The position numbers and the translations under genes were made by a program. From positions 32,474 to 96,473 of IMG/VR virus record IMGVR_UViG_3300010883_007299: DNA of 64,000 nt. One strand, given 5' to 3'. How positions within the stretch are numbered: position 1 is the first letter of the stretch; each line of letters begins with the position of its first letter. Under the pieces are notes generated by a model. It searched no databases, was not told where the DNA came from, and saw only the letters and a list, made by a program, of their open reading frames with translations. Source of the stretch: a virus. This document shows positions 1-7,169 of the stretch, piece by piece.

Positions 1-1530
1 ACCATCTACATAGAGGTTTCTCCATTCTTGAGTCGTTGTACCTAAATCATATGCATCATCCGTATTTGGTATGATATTGGAGTTTACGTCTGCACCAAAT
101 ACCACATTGTCTGTAGCAGCATCACCAAGTTGTAGTGTGCCTCCATTCAGAGTTGATAGTCCTTCGACAGTAAGATTACCACTTACTAATGCATCACCAG
201 TAACAGTTAAGTTATCGTTGATAGTAGTTTCGGATGTAGTATGTCCAATAGATATACCATTTGAAGCTTCTGTAGAAATCTTTAGTATGCCCGCATCATT
301 AGTTATGTACGAATCTGTACCATTATGATAAAGTTGTAAATCATCACCAGTACCCAATTTGACATGAGCATTATCAGGCATATCAATATGACTTGTCTGA
401 TTAAGAGCGCCTGTAATAGAAAAGTCTCCTGTTACATTTGCACTACCAAGTACAGCCAAATCAGCATCAAGTGTGGTGTTGCCCGTTACATCTAATGTAC
501 CAGCAATATCTGTATTACCAGTTGCAGAAGCAATAGTGAATTTATTTGTTGCTATATCAAAGTCACCATCTATACCCGTGTTACCTGTGACGTCCAGTGT
601 AGAACTTAACGTTGTAGCACCAGTGACTCCTAATGTATTGTTTAACGTTGTGGCAGCAGTAACACCCAATGTCGAACTTAATGTCGTAGCACCAGTAACT
701 CCTAATGTACCGGCAACTGTAGCATTCTCATCAACATCCAATGTATCAATATGAGCTGTGCCATCTAAATATAAATCTTTCCATTCTTGTGTAGTAGTAC
801 CTAAATCATATGTACCATCTGTGTTAGGTATAATGTTTGAATTAACATCAGCACCAAATACCACGTTGTCTGTGGCTGAATCACCAAGTTGTAGTGTGCC
901 ACCATTAAGAGTTGACAATCCTTCTACTGTTAAACTGCCACTAACTAAAGCATCTCCCTGTACAGTTAGGTTATCTGCTATTGTTGTTTCAGATGTAGTA
1001 TGTCCAATTACAACAGGAACACCAGATGTTTCTGTTGCAACTTTTAAAGAACCTGTCTTATTTGTAATAAAAGAATCTGTAGCATCATGGTAAAGAGATA
1101 GATCATTACCTGTACCTACATGAATCTCTGTGTCATCTGGTAGATGTATAAACGAACTTGCACCCGCTATCTCAACAGGAGCATTAACATTTAACTGGTC
1201 GTTTAATGTTGTAACGCCAGTAACACCCAATGTACTATTTAATGTTGTAGCATCAGTAACACCTAAAGTAGAATTAAATGTTGCTGTACCAGTAACTCCT
1301 AGAGTACCAGTAATTGTAGCATTTTCATCTATATCCAATGTATCTATATGAGCAGTACCGTCTATGAAGATATTTCTCCATTCTTGTGAAGCAGTACCCA
1401 AATCATATGCATCATCAGTATTGGGAATAATATTAGAATTAACATCAGCACCAAACACCACATTATCTGTAGCTGCATCACCAAGTGTTAATGTGCCACC
1501 ATTAAGAGTCGAAAGTCCTTCGACTGTAAG
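1..1530 (-). repeat. Internal repeats in the fibre gene: three ~57-aa modules and 12-aa (36-bp) repeats
   Basis: TVEGLSTLNGGTL(Q/T)LGD.ATDNVVFGADVNSNIIPNTD..YDLGT..QEW recurs at ~1-172, ~760-930 and ~1357-1528. TLGVT(G/A/D)ATTLN(S/N) repeats at ~595-710 and ~1200-1305. Confidence 0.85.
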
Positions 1531-2721
1531 ATTACCAGCAATATCTACATTTCCACTAATATCTACATTAGCATCTACATCTAAATTTTTAAGAAACTGT
1601 ATTTTTTCTCCGGCGTCTGTAGTATGATATACTGTATAATTTGTAGCGCCTTCTGAAATTGTAAGAGCCGTAGCATTATTATCAATAATATTGATGTCTG
1701 TGGCTTGAGTAGATGTATCTATATTAGCAGAATTAAAATCTATATCTCCATCTAGAGTTGTTGTTCCTGCAACAATAAGATTTCCAGAATCAATATCAAT
1801 GCCTTGGTTAAAATGCCATCGGTCATCTGTGTTCGACCAAGCAATAGTTTTATCCGTGGCGCCTTTAAGAGTAAGGCCACCACCATCAGCTGTAACATCA
1901 GTTGGAGTTGTAACTGAACCTAATTCTATATTTTTATCATCAACTGAAATGGTAGCAACATTAAGAGTTGTTTGTGTACCATTGACAATCAAATCTCCTG
2001 TAACTGTTAGGTTGTCATTGACGGTTGTTTCTGATGTTGTATGTCCAATTGAAATTACTCCGCCACTATTGGATGTACCCAACTGTAAAGCATTAACGCC
2101 AGTAGGATCTATCGACAATATACCAGTGGTGGATGTTATAGCATTAGAATTTAAATTTATATTATCAACATCAAGGTCACCTGTAATATCTACTTCACCA
2201 GAAAGGGCTAAATCACCAGAAAAGAGAGAATTGCCAAAAACTGACAAATCTCCAGTAATGGATAAATTATCATTAATGGTTGTTTCAGATACAGCATTAC
2301 CTATACTAACAACAGAACCACTAGTAAGTGTTCCGAGATTTAGATTTTGTGTGCCTTGTGCATCAACATTTAAATGGCCATTTGAAGTATACTCATGGAA
2401 GATACCTACATTATTTCCATCAAGAGTTACTCTATCAACTCGCCATTCATCTACCTTTTTATCTTCATCTACTAGTACAGCAGAGTCAGCTGTTATTTGA
2501 CCATGCAAATGGTCCAACATATCTGTGTAATATTTACCACCTAGTTCTTGTAAGAATTCAGCAACACCACTGTATTCGTCTCCAGCACCTATAAAAAGTC
2601 TATCGCCTTTATTCGTATGTGTACCTGCACCATACGTTAAAGCCAATTCACCTGTAGCCAAATCTGTGGGTGCAACTACACCCCCTGATCTTTTAATTTT
2701 AAATTTTGAAATGGTAGGCAT
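1..2721 (-). CDS. Long tail-fibre/virion structural protein (3' end runs off the window)
   Basis: Absent from the ORF track because it has no stop in the window. ATG at 2721 overlaps the TAA of the upstream gene (TAATG). Reads MPTISKFKIKRSGGVVAPTDLATGELALTY...NVATISVDDKNIELG...ADGGGLTLKGATDKTI...QEWRNLYVDG in frame to position 1. These motifs are typical of marine T4-like phage fibres. Confidence 0.85.
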   Translation of the reverse strand, partial: MPTISKFKIKRSGGVVAPTDLATGELALTYGAGTHTNKGDRLFIGAGDEYSGVAEFLQELGGKYYTDMLDHLHGQITADSAVLVDEDKKVDEWRVDRVTLDGNNVGIFHEYTSNGHLNVDAQGTQNLNLGTLTSGSVVSIGNAVSETTINDNLSITGDLSVFGNSLFSGDLALSGEVDITGDLDVDNINLNSNAITSTTGILSIDPTGVNALQLGTSNSGGVISIGHTTSETTVNDNLTVTGDLIVNGTQTTLNVATISVDDKNIELGSVTTPTDVTADGGGLTLKGATDKTIAWSNTDDRWHFNQGIDIDSGNLIVAGTTTLDGDIDFNSANIDTSTQATDINIIDNNATALTISEGATNYTVYHTTDAGEKIQFLKNLDVDANVDISGNVDIAGNLTVEGLSTLNGGTLTLGDAATDNVVFGADVNSNIIPNTDDAYDLGTASQEWRNIFIDGTAHIDTLDIDENATITGTLGVTGTATFNSTLGVTDATTLNSTLGVTGVTTLNDQLNVNAPVEIAGASSFIHLPDDTEIHVGTGNDLSLYHDATDSFITNKTGSLKVATETSGVPVVIGHTTSETTIADNLTVQGDALVSGSLTVEGLSTLNGGTLQLGDSATDNVVFGADVNSNIIPNTDGTYDLGTTTQEWKDLYLDGTAHIDTLDVDENATVAGTLGVTGATTLSSTLGVTAATTLNNTLGVTGATTLSSTLDVTGNTGIDGDFDIATNKFTIASATGNTDIAGTLDVTGNTTLDADLAVLGSANVTGDFSITGALNQTSHIDMPDNAHVKLGTGDDLQLYHNGTDSYITNDAGILKISTEASNGISIGHTTSETTINDNLTVTGDALVSGNLTVEGLSTLNGGTLQLGDAATDNVVFGADVNSNIIPNTDDAYDLGTTTQEWRNLYVDG

Positions 2722-2954
2722 TAGAATGTTCCTCCATCAAAAAGGATTGTTCCTGAAGAATCTAAAACTGTATAATCAACATCAGTAATTAAGTCTTTTA
2801 ATTCCCAACTATCTGATGTTGAATTATAAAAAATAACTTTTCCATTCTGGGCCGCTGATAGTGTTCCAAAATTTGAATCGGTCAGTGTTCTCAATTTTAA
2901 TTGAGATTTCACCACCTTCGCTTTTAAAGTAGTCCCACTTGAACTAATAGCCAT
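2721..2954 (-). CDS. Small virion-associated protein
   Basis: 77 aa, GGGAG SD, translationally coupled to the fibre gene, ends DGGTF as many fibre-associated proteins do. Confidence 0.65.
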   Translation of the reverse strand: MAISSSGTTLKAKVVKSQLKLRTLTDSNFGTLSAAQNGKVIFYNSTSDSWELKDLITDVDYTVLDSSGTILFDGGTF

Positions 2955-2966
2955 TTATAACTCCCT

Positions 2967-3320
2967 CTACACTCTAGAAACGGAAGGCAATACTGTTAAT
3001 CTTCCCTCTAAAGTTCTTGTTTTATTTCCCGCGGCATCGGTTAATTGTAAGTCCCAAACAAATCTCCCATCTTTAAGGGTTCCTGTTTGAACGTCAGTCA
3101 ATTCAAGAGCTATCTTACCACTAGTCCTGTCTGCCGTAAAGGCAACAGTAAATGTTTCCGAAACACTACCAGAACCGTAGCGTTTCCTTATTTGTGCAAG
3201 AGCCGTATATCCAGTTAAGTCTAGTGTGGTAAGATTACCATCCGCATCTTCATTGGTTAGTTCTACAGTAACCGTAAAATCTGCATTAGCTTCAACTAGC
3301 AAGTTATTAATTAATGCCAT
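2967..3320 (-). CDS. Small virion structural protein (Ig-like/BppU-N-like)
   Basis: LDLTGYTALAQIRK...GKIALELT...GRFVWDLQL...TRTLEG pattern is common in T4-like marine phages. TATAAATA lies upstream. Confidence 0.7.
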   Translation of the reverse strand: MALINNLLVEANADFTVTVELTNEDADGNLTTLDLTGYTALAQIRKRYGSGSVSETFTVAFTADRTSGKIALELTDVQTGTLKDGRFVWDLQLTDAAGNKTRTLEGRLTVLPSVSRV

Positions 3321-3344
3321 ATAAACTCCGATCTTTTATACTCC

Positions 3345-3352
3345 TATTTATA
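3345..3352 (-). promoter_or_regulatory. T4-type late promoter TATAAATA
   Basis: Exact T4 gp55 consensus, intergenic, upstream of the 3320 start. Confidence 0.7.
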
Positions 3353-3357
3353 AAAGA

Positions 3358-3957
3358 TCAGAAGTTATAGCCCAATATTCCCGCCACAATATGCACTCTA
3401 TTTTGTTCACCACCATTAAAAAAGTTGTGATATACCGTATTATTTGTGATCCAAACAGAACCATCGGCCGGCATATGTCTACATTCATCACCAATTACCA
3501 TACGGCAACCTAGATTAGTAACAATAGGAACGTGCAAACGTGGTTCAGGATCCCTATGCCAACTCAAACAAGACCTAGGTTGTTTCAATAACAAACGAAC
3601 TCTACCTAGTTTAAAGCGACTGGTTAACGTTTCATATACTTCTTTAAAATAAGTATTTTCATACTTGGGGATAAATTCTGTGTAAAGATGTTCTTCTACA
3701 TAGACATCTCTTTCTACTTCTTTGCCATCGGAGTCTGGAATAGTCCAATACTTAGCTCGTATTTTATTTCCTTCTACGGAACTTGGATCTCCGGGAATTC
3801 TATTTAATGGTATAGCACCAAAGTTAGTTACACCTGGGGTCTCAAACTGTTGTTTAGATAACACATCCGTTAGAGCACCTTGCAACTTAGCTATATCAAA
3901 TTTGAAATCGAACAGATGATGATAATTACCATAATCTATATAAGTTTCTATATTCAT
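3358..3957 (-). CDS. 2OG-Fe(II) oxygenase, aspartyl/asparaginyl beta-hydroxylase-like
   Basis: HxD...H facial triad (WHRD...VYHNFFNGG) with RLHVPI and the C-terminal RVHIV arginine. Confidence 0.8.
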   Translation of the reverse strand: MNIETYIDYGNYHHLFDFKFDIAKLQGALTDVLSKQQFETPGVTNFGAIPLNRIPGDPSSVEGNKIRAKYWTIPDSDGKEVERDVYVEEHLYTEFIPKYENTYFKEVYETLTSRFKLGRVRLLLKQPRSCLSWHRDPEPRLHVPIVTNLGCRMVIGDECRHMPADGSVWITNNTVYHNFFNGGEQNRVHIVAGILGYNF

Positions 3958-3979
3958 TTTAGTGTTCCTTTAAAGGAAC

Positions 3980-3987
3980 TATTTATC
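3980..3987 (-). promoter_or_regulatory. Late-promoter-like GATAAATA
   Basis: One mismatch to TATAAATA, intergenic before the oxygenase. The same variant occurs at 7111, 25852 and 50131. Confidence 0.45.
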
Positions 3988-3991
3988 TAAA

Positions 3992-4807
3992 TTATACATC
4001 CAATCCTTCTCTTAACTTCTGAGCCATATCCCAACCACCAAAAGGTCTTTCTAATTCAATGATACCTGAATGTTTACCATCTTCAAACATTTCAGCTTTA
4101 AATATCATTTCTGTTGCATGGCCTGCTAATGCGGTGTGGCAATCTCCACCTATTTCTACTAATAGTTCCCTTTCCATTAAAGCATTAAGCCATGTCTCAT
4201 AGTGATTAAATTTAATCATTTCATGTTTCCGATTTTGGTCATCTTCTCTAACTTGTATTGCAATAATGCCTTGACATATAGCAGGGATGGTATCTAAAGG
4301 TTTTTGTCCCACATCTATATTCAACAAATTTAATCCAGCTGAAGCCAACACGATAGCATCATATTCTCCATCTCGCCACTTATCTATTCTAGTTTCAACA
4401 TTACCTCTAATGTCTTTTACTTCAACATCTTTAAACTTATTTTTTATTTGAGCCTTACGTCGAGGCGAACTTGTACCTACAACACAACCAGGAGTAATTT
4501 CTCCTATTAAACAATCTGTAGGATCATTTCTCGGCAATACTGCCACAACAAGCAAACCTTCAGTTTTTTCGCTAGGCATATCCTTAAAACTATGAACTGC
4601 CACATCTATATTTTCATTCAACAATTCTTTTTCAACAGCATTACAAAATACAGCCTTGCCACCCATTTCCGCTATAGGAGTCTTTTGATCTTCATCACCC
4701 TCTGTAGTTATAATCTCACGGTCAAATGACATCGCTGCCGTTTTCTCAAACAAATCTACTTGTGCTAAAGACAAAGCACTGCCTCTCGATCCTACTATCA
4801 TTTCCAC
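3992..4807 (-). CDS. hemC: Porphobilinogen deaminase (hydroxymethylbilane synthase)
   Basis: GSRGSALSLAQ, TEGD, GGKAVF, DVAVHSFKD, VGTSSPRR, IRGNVETR, YDAIVLASAGL, CQGIIAI and the cofactor-attachment Cys in GGDC. The true start may be the ATG at 4801. Confidence 0.95.
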   Translation of the reverse strand: MEMIVGSRGSALSLAQVDLFEKTAAMSFDREIITTEGDEDQKTPIAEMGGKAVFCNAVEKELLNENIDVAVHSFKDMPSEKTEGLLVVAVLPRNDPTDCLIGEITPGCVVGTSSPRRKAQIKNKFKDVEVKDIRGNVETRIDKWRDGEYDAIVLASAGLNLLNIDVGQKPLDTIPAICQGIIAIQVREDDQNRKHEMIKFNHYETWLNALMERELLVEIGGDCHTALAGHATEMIFKAEMFEDGKHSGIIELERPFGGWDMAQKLREGLDV

Positions 4808-4838
4808 TTCACCTCTTTGTTATCTAGTTTCGTAATTA

Positions 4839-5792
4839 TCATTGAAATCTTTTCCTAATAGTATCAATAAAAAGATGTACATTTGCTTCAGGAGTTTCTT
4901 TATCTATACCATGTCCTAAACCACATACCCAACCGAGTCTATTTCGTAGTTGCATATAATCACAAAACGTATCAATTTTTTCTCGCAGTTCTTTTTTAGG
5001 TAACAGTAAATACTTTTCTTTAAAGTTACCCTGTACAAATCCCTTATCACGACTCATCAATACTTTAGACATACTTTGAGATCCATCTATACCAACACCG
5101 CCCCAAGGATAATGAGTTGCTTTTAAAATATCTCTATTCTTACAGTAGTATCCAACATTATCTCCCACTAAAGGTTTCAATAAAGGTATGTACTTCTTTT
5201 CCCAAAACCATTGGTTCATTATATCTAAAGTACTATCAAATATCATTACCTTTTCAGCACCCGCTTCTAATTGTAAATCTATATTTGCTTTCAATATAGG
5301 CACCATAATATTTTCTAACCATTCTAAAGGTTTGTCTTGAATACCTGGAACAAACGTTCTTTTCATTAACTGTGCCGTTATAGTATAAGGCCCACCAACA
5401 AATCCTATTAAACTTACATTGTTATCTAATCTTTCTCTAGTTGCTTTTATTACATCAGCTTGAAATTTCATATGTTCAATAGCTTTTTGAACATTGCCGT
5501 GTATGCTGCCACCAGTAAATTTAGGACCTGGATCAAATTGTAATTCCATTCCCAATCCTTCCAATACAAACAATATATCAGAAAACATAATAGCAACATC
5601 TAGATCAAACTCCTTTACTGGGCCACAAGCTACCTCAGCAGCAAGCTCAGGAGTTTTACATAGTTGTTCAAATGTATATGTTTTTTTTAGTTCTTTGTAA
5701 TGAGTATGATATCTTCCTGCTTGACGCATATACCATATAGGGGGTGTGTTTTGTTCGATTCGTTCACAAGCATTATAAAAAGTTTTATTCAT
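4839..5792 (-). CDS. hemE: Uroporphyrinogen decarboxylase
   Basis: PPIWYMRQAGRY, AIMFSDIL, LIGFVGGPYT, QLEAGA..VMIFDS, VQGN and GLGHGI.KETPEANV signature motifs. Confidence 0.95.
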   Translation of the reverse strand: MNKTFYNACERIEQNTPPIWYMRQAGRYHTHYKELKKTYTFEQLCKTPELAAEVACGPVKEFDLDVAIMFSDILFVLEGLGMELQFDPGPKFTGGSIHGNVQKAIEHMKFQADVIKATRERLDNNVSLIGFVGGPYTITAQLMKRTFVPGIQDKPLEWLENIMVPILKANIDLQLEAGAEKVMIFDSTLDIMNQWFWEKKYIPLLKPLVGDNVGYYCKNRDILKATHYPWGGVGIDGSQSMSKVLMSRDKGFVQGNFKEKYLLLPKKELREKIDTFCDYMQLRNRLGWVCGLGHGIDKETPEANVHLFIDTIRKRFQ

Positions 5793-6469
5793 AGTTCTAC
5801 TTTAGGAAAAAGCATATCAGAACAAAATAAGTCTACATCATTTTCGTCTAGACCTAAAGACTTCATTACCCTTGGTGTATGTGGGTTCTGTCTTTGGTTA
5901 TCACAATAATAATTTTGACGTTCTAATACTTCTTCCTTATCTCCGTCCCCATGTGTTTCAGTCACATGGTCAAAATAATAATTAAGGTTTTTTAATGTTA
6001 GTTGTATAATATCTAAAGACTCTCCTTCCGTCTTTACATTACTAGCAGCAATCATAGAAGGAGAAAATATATTTAAAGCCCATTCTGGCAACTCTCTCCT
6101 TTTAGTAGGAATAAAATCTTCTACTGATTCAGCAAACCACTGTATCATAAAATGATTCTTATCCACTGTTGCAGAAAAGTCGTGAAATGCTCCAGTAAAC
6201 TTTCTTTGGCCAGATATAACATCAAAGCCAAAAATAGGACTGGTGTTAGTTAGATCAGGAAAAATGCAAACGTGCATCATCCATAATTTCTTTGTATCAC
6301 GAACATCCACAACATCTATATGGCAACGTCTGGTCGATTCGGTTTGCCATACTCTATTCATCCATCCAGATTGGTTAAAATGATCCATACCAGGTTCAAA
6401 AATTTCAACACCCACATCATTAAATTTTCTTATAAATTCATTCTGTAAGTTAATAAGATTATCCCACAT
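5789..6469 (-). CDS. pcyX: Ferredoxin-dependent bilin reductase, PcyA/PcyX-like
   Basis: RRCHIDVVD, MMHVCIFP, PIFGFDV, GAFHDFS, RELPEWA.IFS and QNYYC..QRQNPHT.RVM motifs. Adjacent to a heme oxygenase, as in phage hemO-pcyX cassettes. PcyX versus PcyA is judged from memory of the family. Confidence 0.85.
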   Translation of the reverse strand: MWDNLINLQNEFIRKFNDVGVEIFEPGMDHFNQSGWMNRVWQTESTRRCHIDVVDVRDTKKLWMMHVCIFPDLTNTSPIFGFDVISGQRKFTGAFHDFSATVDKNHFMIQWFAESVEDFIPTKRRELPEWALNIFSPSMIAASNVKTEGESLDIIQLTLKNLNYYFDHVTETHGDGDKEEVLERQNYYCDNQRQNPHTPRVMKSLGLDENDVDLFCSDMLFPKVEL

Positions 6470-6473
6470 CTAT

Positions 6474-7091
6474 CTAACTCGATGGATCTAAATCATTGCC
6501 CATCATAAGTTGTGAATGGGTGTCTTGCCAATCTTTAAGTTCATCAAACAAAGATTGTGCAAACATAAAACTCATTCTAGCTTCAGATTCCATATTATCA
6601 TTCAATCTAGATTCAAGTTCTTTTATAGATTTTTTAAGATCAACAAAATCAAATACTGTTGCTTTACCTGGCACCAAATCTTTAATCATCTGACCACCAT
6701 ATAGATCACCACCATGTCTCACATAGATATGAGCCATAAGTTTATCATCATCATTATTGATTCTCATAATTCTATCAATGTGGCTTCTAGTTGAAACGAA
6801 TGTGGGAGGTTCTGCTTCCATATCTTCTTCGTAGATTTCATCCCACAATTCCAAATAATCATTATAAAGTCTGATAGCTCTACAAGTATCTGGGTCAATA
6901 AGATTTCTCTCAACAGCAAATCTTTCCATCACATCGTATATTAAATGTAGATTAAAACAATATACGGCATAGACTTCAGCATCCATACCTTTTACTAATG
7001 TCATTGCCATGGGGTGTCGTTCTGTTTCCATGTGTATATCTCTAAGAGATGTCCGCAGGTTATCAGTACGCTCTGATTTAATATCATTCAT
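6474..7091 (-). CDS. hemO: Heme oxygenase (biliverdin-producing)
   Basis: Proximal His in LRDIHMETERH and distal helix AHIYVRHGGDLYGGQMIK. Start moved from 7124 to 7091 (MNDIKS), which has a GGAGGT SD 8 nt upstream. Confidence 0.92.
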   Translation of the reverse strand: MNDIKSERTDNLRTSLRDIHMETERHPMAMTLVKGMDAEVYAVYCFNLHLIYDVMERFAVERNLIDPDTCRAIRLYNDYLELWDEIYEEDMEAEPPTFVSTRSHIDRIMRINNDDDKLMAHIYVRHGGDLYGGQMIKDLVPGKATVFDFVDLKKSIKELESRLNDNMESEARMSFMFAQSLFDELKDWQDTHSQLMMGNDLDPSS

Positions 7092-7110
7092 TATGTAATA
7101 CCTCCACCAA

Positions 7111-7149
7111 TATTTATCGGGCAATATCCAGAAGGATATTACCCGATAA
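7111..7149 (-). promoter_or_regulatory. 16-bp hairpin overlapping a GATAAATA late-promoter-like box
   Basis: Plus strand TTATCGGGCAATATCC-AGAA-GGATATTACCCGATAA (one G.U pair in the minus-strand RNA). GATAAATA at 7111-7118. Confidence 0.6.
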
Positions 7150-7169
7150 TCAAAAGAAATAAAATGTGA

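Noticed and set aside
71-2594. Plus-strand ORFs over the first fibre gene, and most other short plus-strand ORFs in the track
   Set aside because: They are antisense shadows of long minus-strand genes, with no SD or recognisable motifs.
3992-7091. Host chromosomal contamination or a prophage boundary
   Set aside because: The genes are co-oriented with and enclosed by virion genes, have similar composition and carry late-promoter-like boxes. Read mapping would still be the definitive check.
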